A stretch of DNA of 32,854 nt, taken from Sulfurimonadaceae bacterium. GTDB taxonomy: Bacteria; Campylobacterota; Campylobacteria; Campylobacterales; Sulfurimonadaceae. The DNA is taken from NCBI GenBank assembly GCA_041571435.1, contig JBFFUI010000024.1, positions 1-32,854 of the forward strand, written 5' to 3'. A program made the position numbers and the translations under genes. Positions 9,529-17,815 of the stretch are shown piece after piece. The notes beneath the pieces were generated by a model. The model saw only the letters and a program-made list of their open reading frames with translations. It did no database searches and was not told the origin of the DNA. The number at the start of each line of letters is the position of its first letter. Positions within the stretch are counted from its first letter, which is position 1.

Positions 9529-9658
9529 GACTCCTATGTTACAATCATAATTAAATTATACATTTGTACATATTATAAAAATTATTATTAAAGTAATATA
9601 TAAAATGACGATTTTAGTCAATTGAACACTATATTTTTTTCGTCAAAAAGGAGCAGGT

Positions 9659-10546
9659 ATGCGAATAGTGGTAGCGGGTGTCGGCGGTGTCGGCGGTTAT
9701 ATAGGGGCACATCTTTGCAATCTTGAGGACGAAGTGATCTTTCTGGCCAGAGGGGCACACGCCGAGGCGATCAGAAACAACGGCCTCTTGGTCAAAACAG
9801 ACGAGGGCGAGCTGACCGCCCACCCGGACAAGGTCGTAAGGGCTCAAGAGCTTGAAGACGAGATCGAACTGCTGCTGCTCTGTGTGAAAAGTTATGACAT
9901 TGAGAATGTTCTTGCCGAACTTTCAGACAACATCACACCTTCCACTATTGTGCTTCCGTTTGCGAACGGGGTCGAGCACAAAGAGCAGATCGAGTCACTT
10001 GTAAATGCCAAAGTGCTGCACGGGGCTCTCTACATCCTGGCACATAAAGAGGCCGACGGTGTCATCGTGAAAAAAGGGAAGGTCTTCGCCGCGCTTTTTG
10101 GGGCAAAAGAGTACCCAAAGGAGACGGAACAGGTTGCTGAACTTTTCGAGAAAGCGGGACTGCGGTATAAAACACCGGAAGATATTGAAGAAGCGATCTG
10201 GAAGAAGTACCTTTTTATCAGTGCCTTTGCGGCGCTTACGAGCTATTTCGACACCACGATGCGCAAGGTCTACGAACTGCACAAGAACTGGGCCGACACC
10301 CTTTTACATGAGATCGCCGATGTGGCTGAGGCGAAAGGGATCCATATTCAAGATGAGGTCGAAAAAGCCCTCAAGACTGCCTCGTCATTGCCAGAAGACG
10401 CCAGCAGCTCCATGCACCTTGACTTTCAAAACGGCTCAAGGACAGAGCTTGAGACACTCTGCGGCTACATTGTCCGTGAAGGAAAGCGGCTGCGCTTGCC
10501 TACACCTTTGATGGCGAAGATATATGGGGTGTTAAAATTAAAGTAA
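9659..10546 (+). CDS. panE: 2-dehydropantoate 2-reductase (ketopantoate reductase)
   Basis: GVGGVGG, CVKSYD, NGVEH, IWKKYLF, SSMHLDF...TELETLCG; AAGGAG RBS. Confidence 0.9.
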   Translation: MRIVVAGVGGVGGYIGAHLCNLEDEVIFLARGAHAEAIRNNGLLVKTDEGELTAHPDKVVRAQELEDEIELLLLCVKSYDIENVLAELSDNITPSTIVLPFANGVEHKEQIESLVNAKVLHGALYILAHKEADGVIVKKGKVFAALFGAKEYPKETEQVAELFEKAGLRYKTPEDIEEAIWKKYLFISAFAALTSYFDTTMRKVYELHKNWADTLLHEIADVAEAKGIHIQDEVEKALKTASSLPEDASSSMHLDFQNGSRTELETLCGYIVREGKRLRLPTPLMAKIYGVLKLK

Positions 10547-10629
10547 CTTTCTAATATTTTGCCGTTCGCGAACGATAGGGTTACTAAAGCCAAAAACGCG
10601 CATAATCTCAGAAAAAATGAGGAATGATC

Positions 10630-11163
10630 ATGGCAAATATACAAAAAGCACTTTTGGGCGGCGGCTGTTTCTGGTGTATCGAGGCGGTGTATAATCGTGT
10701 AAAAGGGGTGAAGTCGGCGATCAGCGGCTATGCCGGCGGGCCGAACCCGAACCCTACATACAGGGATGTATGCAGCGGGACGACGGGGCATGCCGAGGTG
10801 GTCGAGATCACTTTCGATGCCGATATTATCAGCTTCAGTGAACTGCTGGACATCTTCTGGGTCATTCATGATCCGACCACGCTCAACTATCAGGGTGCGG
10901 ACCGGGGCACGCAGTACCGCTCGGTCATCTTCTATTATAATGAGGAGCAGAAAGAGCAGGCGATCGCATCGGCGAAGGCGGTCCAAAGCGAGTTTCGCGA
11001 TCCTATCGTCACGGAACTTTCGCCGGCGCCGGAGTTTTTTGTGGCCGAAGAGTATCACCAGAACTATTTTACTATCAACCCTAATCAAGGCTACTGCCAG
11101 GCCGTTGTCGCTCCCAAAGTGCAGAAGTTTATGACGAAGTTCAGCGACAAGCTGGGACGTTAG
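10630..11163 (+). CDS. msrA: Peptide methionine sulfoxide reductase A
   Basis: GGCFWC, TTGHAE, HDPTTLNYQGADRGTQYRS, AEEYHQNY; start could also be 10624. Confidence 0.96.
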   Translation: MANIQKALLGGGCFWCIEAVYNRVKGVKSAISGYAGGPNPNPTYRDVCSGTTGHAEVVEITFDADIISFSELLDIFWVIHDPTTLNYQGADRGTQYRSVIFYYNEEQKEQAIASAKAVQSEFRDPIVTELSPAPEFFVAEEYHQNYFTINPNQGYCQAVVAPKVQKFMTKFSDKLGR

Positions 11164-11784
11164 ATGCAGTTTGGGGTTTCGCCTTACAGTCATATTGCCG
11201 AGGTGATCTTTGTGGGCGATCCGATGTGTTCCTGGTGTTACGGCTTCGGACCCGAACTCACAAAACTTCGCGATGCGCTTAAAGGGGTCTCTTTTTCGAT
11301 GATCATGGGCGGTCTGCGTGACGGCGAGATCTTCGATGAGGTCAAGTTGAAAAACCATCTGGGGTATTGGCAGGCCGTGCATGAGGCAACAGGACTTCCC
11401 TTTGACGATACCGCACTTTCGCAAAAAGATTTCAACTATACGACGGAACCGGCCTGCCGTGCTGTCGTGACGGTACGCACACTGCAACCCGCTAAAGAGT
11501 ACGCGGCATACAGTGCGTTGCAACAGGCCTTTTACGCCCAAGGAAAAGACATCACGCAACAAGCTATAATTGCAGACGTTATCGCTTCGATCGGCGTTGA
11601 CAAAGCAGCATTTTCGGCGCTCTTTGCGAGTGAAGCGATGCACAAAGCAACGGCTGCAGACAAACAAAAAGCACGTACCTACGGGGTAAGCTCTTTTCCG
11701 ACGCTGATCATTATCGATAAACAGGGACACCTCTCCCAGATAAGAGGATATAAAAGATATGGCGAATTACTCGCCTTGTTGTAA
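11164..11784 (+). CDS. DsbA/FrnE-family thioredoxin-fold protein
   Basis: DPMCSWCYGF active-site motif and GVSSFPT cis-Pro loop; no signal peptide. Confidence 0.85.
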   Translation: MQFGVSPYSHIAEVIFVGDPMCSWCYGFGPELTKLRDALKGVSFSMIMGGLRDGEIFDEVKLKNHLGYWQAVHEATGLPFDDTALSQKDFNYTTEPACRAVVTVRTLQPAKEYAAYSALQQAFYAQGKDITQQAIIADVIASIGVDKAAFSALFASEAMHKATAADKQKARTYGVSSFPTLIIIDKQGHLSQIRGYKRYGELLALL

Positions 11785-11793
11785 AGGCTGCAG

Positions 11794-12264
11794 ATGTTTG
11801 AACCAGGTTTTTTAGGAACGCGGGCCCCGCTATTTATGGATCTTGTCACGATCTTTTTTGGTCTCTTGCCGTTTTTGGTGGGATATGCCATCTATTTGGC
11901 GGTTATCGGAAAACACCGTGCCCATTTTAAGTGGCAGGCGTCGCTTTTTCTCATTACCATGGTGATGGTCGTCATCTTTGAGGGAGGCGTTCGTATAGGT
12001 GGCGGCTTCAATGATTTCATGGAGGGGAGTGAACTCTCCTACAGCGGGGTTCTGGGGTATCTCTTGGTGCATATCGCTATTGCCCTTGTCACGGTTGTTG
12101 CCTGGGGTGTGACGATCTACAATTCGATGAGAGTCTATGTCAAAGAGGGCACGGATGCTCCTTATTTTAAGGCACACAAGCGAAAAGGAAAATGGCTCTA
12201 TTTTGGTATTGTCGTCACGTCGTTGATGGGATGTTCCATGTACCCGATCCTTTTTGTTGTTTAG
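11794..12264 (+). CDS. DUF420-like integral membrane protein
   Basis: About four TM segments with conserved His residues (HRAHF, LLVHI, AHKRKGK). Confidence 0.7.
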   Translation: MFEPGFLGTRAPLFMDLVTIFFGLLPFLVGYAIYLAVIGKHRAHFKWQASLFLITMVMVVIFEGGVRIGGGFNDFMEGSELSYSGVLGYLLVHIAIALVTVVAWGVTIYNSMRVYVKEGTDAPYFKAHKRKGKWLYFGIVVTSLMGCSMYPILFVV

Positions 12265-12355
12265 CGTTAAGAGACAAGTCGTCTTTATATCCATATAGTG
12301 TAAAATAATGAAAATTATCAATGAGGGCCTTCTGCAGGTCGATAAGCGAGCATAA

Positions 12356-14284
12356 ATGTTAAGCATCAATTCTTTTTTAATTCTTTTAAAAGAGTCGTTT
12401 CGCGACCTGATGCCGATCGTTCTTGTCATTCTCTTCTTTCAGCTGGCGATCATCCAGAGTGTTCCTGCCGGCTGGTTGGCAACGACGATAGGTCTTGCTA
12501 TCGTTGCTGTCGGTCTTGCCGTCTTTTTGCTTGGCCTTGAGGTCGCGATCTTCCCGGTCGGCGAGAACCTGGCGAGCGATTTTGCCCACAAGGGCTCGAC
12601 CTTCTGGATCATGCTCTTTGCCTTTATGATCGGTTTCGGTACGACGATCGCCGAGCCGGCACTTTATGTCATCGCGCAGAAAGCGGCGGCGATCAGCAGC
12701 GGGCGTATCGATGCCGAAGTCCTGCGTAGTGTCGTCGCCTTCTCGGTCGGTTTTGCCATCGTATTGGGTTCATGGCGTATTATCACCGGGCATCCGATCC
12801 AGTACTACATCATCGCCGGCTATATTCTGGTCGTCGCAACGACAGCGTTTGCACCGGATGAGATCGTGGGTCTGGCGTATGACCTCGGCGGGGTGACGAC
12901 CTCGACAGTCACGGTACCGCTGGTCGCAGCACTGGGCATCGGGCTGGCAAGTACCATCAAGGGACGTAACCCGGTGCTCGACGGTTTTGGACTGATCGCC
13001 TTCGCCTCATTGACACCGATGATCTTTGTGCAGGTCTACGGTATCGCGGTTTATGAGTTTTTTGAACCGGTTGCTGTGACACAGGTTGCTGAAGTCGTTG
13101 CCGCTCCGGAGAAACAGGCGGTTTTCGACCATTCGCTTACGGGCATTTTAATGGGCCTTGTCGGTGTTATCAAAGATGTCGCTCCGATCCTGGCTATCAT
13201 TATCTTCTTTCAGTATGCCGTCCTTAAAAAACAGATCGCTGACCTCAAGACTGTCGTTATCGGTTTCGGATTGGTCATTATCGGTCTGTATGCCTTTATC
13301 CTCGGTCTTGAGATGGGCCTCTTCTCACTGGGAGAGACGATGGCCTATCAGCTGACCCGCGGGGACAGTCACTTTATTATCTACGCCTTCGGTTTTGCGA
13401 TCGGTTTCGCAACGACGATGGCCGAACCTTCATTGACGGCGATCGCCAAAAAAGCGAAAGAGATCAGTGACGGCAAGATCAACGATTTTGCTCTGCGTCT
13501 CTTTGTCGCCTTTGGTGTGGCCTTCGGTATCGCTTTGGGGTCGTTTCGAATTGTCGACGGCGGACAGATCGTCTACTACATCATTGCCGGATACATCGTC
13601 GTCATCGCACTGACGGTGATCGCACCAAAATACATTATCGGTATCGCTTACGACAGCGGCGGGGTAACGACCTCGACGGTGACGGTACCGCTTGTTGCGG
13701 CGCTTGGACTCGGACTGGCCAACAATATCGAAGGGCGTGACCCGCTTGTTGACGGTTTCGGCCTGATCGCTTTTGCTTCGCTCTTTCCGATGATCACGGT
13801 CATGCTCTATGGGGTTGTTTCCGCTAAATTGGGTCTGAAAGGTGAACAGGAGAAAGAGGCTGAACAGATCTTTGAACTGCGTCAGGCGATCGAAGATGCC
13901 AATGATATGGGCCTAGTTACGATCAATGTCGACGGTATCGGAAACCGCCACTCGATGGTACTCCCTTTTTCTGCCGTCTATATCATCGTCCCTAAAGAGA
14001 AGCGTGAAGAGGCTTTGCGGGTGGCGCATGAAGCAGGTGCAACAGGGGTGACCGTAACACAGGCGCATGGTATGGGGCTGGAAAACGACGAAAACTTTTA
14101 TAACCGCCTTGAGCAGGAGAGTACCGATGTGAAGCTGATGTTCCTGATGCCGACGAAGATGGTCGACAATGTCATCAGAAAAGCGATGACGGAACTTGAC
14201 ATTGTCGGCGAGGGACACGGTATCGTCTACGCGTACCCGCTTTCGCATCTCAAAGGCATCTCGATGAAACGAGAGCACCTCTAA
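12356..14284 (+). CDS. Tandem DUF1538 membrane protein fused to a C-terminal PII-like domain
   Basis: Two repeats of TT(I/M)AEP ... [21 protein letters not shown] ... [12 protein letters not shown]-terminal [15 protein letters not shown] ... [13 protein letters not shown]-like fold. Confidence 0.82.
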   Translation: MLSINSFLILLKESFRDLMPIVLVILFFQLAIIQSVPAGWLATTIGLAIVAVGLAVFLLGLEVAIFPVGENLASDFAHKGSTFWIMLFAFMIGFGTTIAEPALYVIAQKAAAISSGRIDAEVLRSVVAFSVGFAIVLGSWRIITGHPIQYYIIAGYILVVATTAFAPDEIVGLAYDLGGVTTSTVTVPLVAALGIGLASTIKGRNPVLDGFGLIAFASLTPMIFVQVYGIAVYEFFEPVAVTQVAEVVAAPEKQAVFDHSLTGILMGLVGVIKDVAPILAIIIFFQYAVLKKQIADLKTVVIGFGLVIIGLYAFILGLEMGLFSLGETMAYQLTRGDSHFIIYAFGFAIGFATTMAEPSLTAIAKKAKEISDGKINDFALRLFVAFGVAFGIALGSFRIVDGGQIVYYIIAGYIVVIALTVIAPKYIIGIAYDSGGVTTSTVTVPLVAALGLGLANNIEGRDPLVDGFGLIAFASLFPMITVMLYGVVSAKLGLKGEQEKEAEQIFELRQAIEDANDMGLVTINVDGIGNRHSMVLPFSAVYIIVPKEKREEALRVAHEAGATGVTVTQAHGMGLENDENFYNRLEQESTDVKLMFLMPTKMVDNVIRKAMTELDIVGEGHGIVYAYPLSHLKGISMKREHL

Positions 14285-14288
14285 AAGT

Positions 14289-14312
14289 CAAAAAGGTCTG
14301 ATAAAAGACCTT
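14289..14312 (-). terminator. Hairpin between convergent genes
   Basis: AAGGTCT-N6-AGACCTT; T-run follows on the minus strand. Confidence 0.45.
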
Positions 14313-14323
14313 GCAAGGCAGTC

Positions 14324-14545
14324 CTAGAGGCGGCCCTGTTTGACCAGTGAAAGGACCATCGCAAGAGAGTAGCCGTCATTTTCGTACCCATCTTCGTGGC
14401 AGGATTCACACTTGTCGCCAACCGGACAGACCTGGTTCTCAAGTAAGGCCTCCATGGTTTCAATGTTGTTTGTTTTGATGCATTCTGCAATCTCTGCCAT
14501 AGTAAGTGAGTTACAAACACATATCTCTTTCTCTTTGTCGAACAT
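14324..14545 (-). CDS. BFD-like (2Fe-2S)-binding ferredoxin, 73 aa
   Basis: Start MFDKEKEICVC; CxC ... CxxC (CESC) pattern typical of BFD-like proteins. Confidence 0.8.
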   Translation of the reverse strand: MFDKEKEICVCNSLTMAEIAECIKTNNIETMEALLENQVCPVGDKCESCHEDGYENDGYSLAMVLSLVKQGRL

Positions 14546-14767
14546 GGTCTCTCTTTTTTTTGTCGGAATGATATCGAAAAAAATTGCATATATAAATATG
14601 TTATAGTGCATTTTTCTAATTGATTGTTGTTGACCTTTGATGTATAACATAATAAAACACATATGATATGTATTTTGTTTCTTTCCATTTAAGGTTTTAA
14701 ATGCTATAAACGTGCAGATGTTTATCATAAAGCTGTAAAACATAACAATAAATCACAAAGGTAAAAT

Positions 14768-16849
14768 ATGAAGATCAATCATAATTTTATGGGTGTTTCT
14801 ATAGCGACAGCAATGTTGCTGACAGGTTCTGCATATGCAGCAAATGTATCGAAGATTGTGACTACAGATAAAAGTACAGTACAAAAAGAGGCGCAGACAG
14901 CAGCAAAAGGAGCAGTTGAAAAATTAGCGCCACAATATGCAGAGGGCGAAGTTATTGTCCAGTACAAAGCTAATGTGGCTACTTCTAAAGTCAATTCACT
15001 GGCAGCTGCCAATGGACTGGCAGTAGCGAAACAGTACAAAATGCTTTCGGCTCAGGGGAAGGGGACTTACATAAAAGTTACTGGCAAACAGTCAACTGAA
15101 GAGCTTGTTGCGATGCTTAAGGCAGATCCAAATGTCGAGTCAGTGTCTCCGAACTACATTAGAAGACTGGATGTTGTGCCGAATGACACAGACTTTAGGC
15201 AGGTATGGGGACTTCATAATACTGGTCAGACCGTAAATGGAATTTCTGGTACATATGATGCAGACATAGATGCACCTCAGGCATGGGAAGTCTCTACCGG
15301 TAGTCCGGATGTTGTTGTTGCTGTTTTTGATACAGGAGTCGATTATGTCCACGAAGATCTCACGGCTAATATGTGGGTCAATACGGGTGAGATTGCAGGA
15401 AATGGTATTGATGATGATGCCAACGGATATATTGATGACGTGTATGGTGCCGATGTCGCTGTTGATCTTGCAGGGACATTGGTCGATGGCGACCCGATGG
15501 ATATCATGGGACACGGAACACATTGTGCCGGTACGATCGGTGCAGTTGGTGACAACGGTGTCGGCGTAGCAGGCGTCAACTGGGATGTCAGCATAATGGC
15601 GATGAAGGTTTTTCGTCCGGACCTAGGCGCGTATGACTCAGATATCCTTGATGCAATCGACTACGTGTTGGCACAAAAAGCCAATGGAGAGAACATCGTC
15701 GCTGTCAATGCCTCGTACGGAAGTTACGGCGGAGATCAGGCAGACCCGATGAATGCAGCTATTCAAAGTCTTGGCGATGCAGGTATCGTTTTCTGTGCGG
15801 CGGCCGGTAATGATGGGATCGATAATGATGTAGCGCCACATTTCCCTTCTTCGTATAATGCCTCAAATATAATCGCCGTTGCAGCAAGCGATCAAGACGA
15901 TCAGTTGGCAACCTTTTCAAACTTTGGTGCGACATCAGTTGATCTGGCAGCACCGGGTGTGAATATTCGTAGTACTTTACCAAGAACGTATGTACCTCAA
16001 AGTAGTGACATCTTCTTCGATGACATGGAGAGTGGTAGTTCAAAATGGGTGACAACAGGTACAAATAATACTTGGGCTATATCGACGGATCAGGAAATTT
16101 TTGAAAATCCGACTTTTCCTGTCCCAAGTCCAACCCATTTCTGGAGTGACAGCCCAGGAGTGAATTACGTACCTAATACTGATTCAGTGCTGACAGTTGC
16201 TGATGCTATTGATCTTTCAGGATATGTGGGACAGCCTGTTTATTTTGCATTCGGTGCAGCGGCATATATTGAAGGTGGTGGATGGGATCATGGTTATGTT
16301 CAAGTGTCGGGTGATGCCGGAGCAACATGGACGACAATTCACGATTTCGGAGGCTACGCAAACTACTGGGGTCACTATGAATTTGTGATACCGGATGCGT
16401 ATAAAACAGCACAATTCAAGTTCCGTTTTAATTTGACGACTGATTCTAGTGTTCAATATGACGGCTGGCTAATTGATGATGTCGGAATCGGTACAACGTT
16501 GACGAGTAGCTATGCGAACTGGGATGGAACATCAATGGCAACACCGGCAGTGACTGGTGCAGTTGCACTTCTAGCTTCAGCATATCCTGCAGAGACGGCT
16601 GCAGAACGTCAAGCACGTTTGTTAAGCACAGTTGACACCAAAACTAATCTAAATGGTGCCGTTTTGACATCAGGCCGTATGAATGTTGCTGCAGCGATTG
16701 GTGGTACGGTGGATTCTCCGACACCACCGGCACCACCGGCATCAGATGATGGCGGCGGACTTCCTGTGAACGACATCTATAGCCTACTGTTCACTATCTT
16801 TGGTTTCCTAACCATCGGTGGATTGATTGCACGTCGTAAGCTGGCATAA
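14768..16849 (+). CDS. Secreted S8 (subtilisin-family) serine peptidase with propeptide, inserted beta-sandwich domain and C-terminal sorting signal
   Basis: Signal peptide; triad VFDTG / HGTHCAG / GTSMATP; oxyanion AAGND; Pro-rich linker, GGGLPVND, TM helix, RRK. Confidence 0.93.
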   Translation: MKINHNFMGVSIATAMLLTGSAYAANVSKIVTTDKSTVQKEAQTAAKGAVEKLAPQYAEGEVIVQYKANVATSKVNSLAAANGLAVAKQYKMLSAQGKGTYIKVTGKQSTEELVAMLKADPNVESVSPNYIRRLDVVPNDTDFRQVWGLHNTGQTVNGISGTYDADIDAPQAWEVSTGSPDVVVAVFDTGVDYVHEDLTANMWVNTGEIAGNGIDDDANGYIDDVYGADVAVDLAGTLVDGDPMDIMGHGTHCAGTIGAVGDNGVGVAGVNWDVSIMAMKVFRPDLGAYDSDILDAIDYVLAQKANGENIVAVNASYGSYGGDQADPMNAAIQSLGDAGIVFCAAAGNDGIDNDVAPHFPSSYNASNIIAVAASDQDDQLATFSNFGATSVDLAAPGVNIRSTLPRTYVPQSSDIFFDDMESGSSKWVTTGTNNTWAISTDQEIFENPTFPVPSPTHFWSDSPGVNYVPNTDSVLTVADAIDLSGYVGQPVYFAFGAAAYIEGGGWDHGYVQVSGDAGATWTTIHDFGGYANYWGHYEFVIPDAYKTAQFKFRFNLTTDSSVQYDGWLIDDVGIGTTLTSSYANWDGTSMATPAVTGAVALLASAYPAETAAERQARLLSTVDTKTNLNGAVLTSGRMNVAAAIGGTVDSPTPPAPPASDDGGGLPVNDIYSLLFTIFGFLTIGGLIARRKLA

Positions 16850-16870
16850 GGCCCATTAAGAAGGAGTGGC

Positions 16871-17386
16871 ATGAAAGGCTACGTTATACGATACGCCTTT
16901 TGGGCTCCCCTCTTATTTGGGCTCATCTACTTTCAAAATTTTTCTCCTCTCTTCTTCATCAGTACACTACAAACTGACCTTACAACTCTATTGACAGCAG
17001 CAGGTATCGATCTTTTGCAACTGCCAATACAGATGCAGGGCATTGAGATGGTGCTTAGAGACGGCCTTCATCTGCGCATCTTACATGAGTGTAATGCCAT
17101 GGCCCCGCTTTTGCTTTTTGCAGCTGCCGTCTGGTCATATCCGACACATTTTCAGACAAAAGCATTTTGGACACTCCTGGGTTATCTGCTGCTTATGCTG
17201 TTGAACATAGGGCGCATCATGTTTGTGCTCTATGTCGTCGACATAGATAGAGAGAATTTAACATGGAGCCACCACTATCTCGGCAGGTACGGTATGGGAG
17301 TGATGACGCTAGTTCTGTTCTGGGTTTTTACCAATGTGGTTGAGGTCAAAAACTATAGATATAATATAGGTATAAAAAGGACATAG
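16871..17386 (+). CDS. Exosortase/archaeosortase-family protein (short, XrtH-like)
   Basis: Multi-TM; Cys in HECNAM, Arg in LNIGRI, His in WSHHYL in the family order; AAGGAG RBS; directly follows a protein with a C-terminal TM sorting signal. Confidence 0.82.
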   Translation: MKGYVIRYAFWAPLLFGLIYFQNFSPLFFISTLQTDLTTLLTAAGIDLLQLPIQMQGIEMVLRDGLHLRILHECNAMAPLLLFAAAVWSYPTHFQTKAFWTLLGYLLLMLLNIGRIMFVLYVVDIDRENLTWSHHYLGRYGMGVMTLVLFWVFTNVVEVKNYRYNIGIKRT

Positions 17387-17387
17387 T

Positions 17388-17747
17388 ATGAAAAAGTTGT
17401 TATTTTTATGTGCGGCTACGGTTGCCGTTGTGTCGAGCAGCGGCTGTGCGGCCAAAGATACGAATTTCGAAAATACACCTGTTGAGATAGAAACACAAAA
17501 GAGCGATGTGATGCAAAGTGAAGCAATAGTTGTTTTCAACAAGGGGATTACTCTTGGTGAAGCAAAAAAGATAGTGGAAGGTTACGGCATAGCCGTCGTC
17601 AAAACATACAAAACACTCTCCGAGCAAAACAATCAGCTCTACCTTCTGGTCAAATCATCCGCAACGACAGAAGAGTTGGTTAAGACACTTAAAAACGACA
17701 GTGCGGTTCATTCTGTCTCACCAAATCGAAAAAACCGACTTTTTTAG
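17388..17747 (+). CDS. Lipoprotein consisting of a stand-alone subtilase propeptide (I9-like) domain
   Basis: Lipobox-like SSGC; last 75 aa align without gaps to the propeptide of the 14768 protease; AAGGA RBS overlapping the exosortase end. Confidence 0.8.
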   Translation: MKKLLFLCAATVAVVSSSGCAAKDTNFENTPVEIETQKSDVMQSEAIVVFNKGITLGEAKKIVEGYGIAVVKTYKTLSEQNNQLYLLVKSSATTEELVKTLKNDSAVHSVSPNRKNRLF

Positions 17748-17815
17748 CGAGCAGCTTTTTTGATTGGTTATATCCTGCTAGAATAATGGCATTTACGTAA
17801 ACGCAGGGGGATTGT

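Noticed and set aside
10465-11730. 421-aa minus-strand ORF
   Set aside because: Antisense to the clearly real panE, msrA and DsbA-like genes; non-protein-like composition
14546-14743. N-terminal extension of the 139-aa ORF 14324-14743
   Set aside because: AT-rich promoter DNA; the BFD-like domain starts at 14545
16721-16741. Short tandem ACCACCGGC repeat
   Set aside because: Encodes the PPAPPA linker; only two copies, no sign of phase variation
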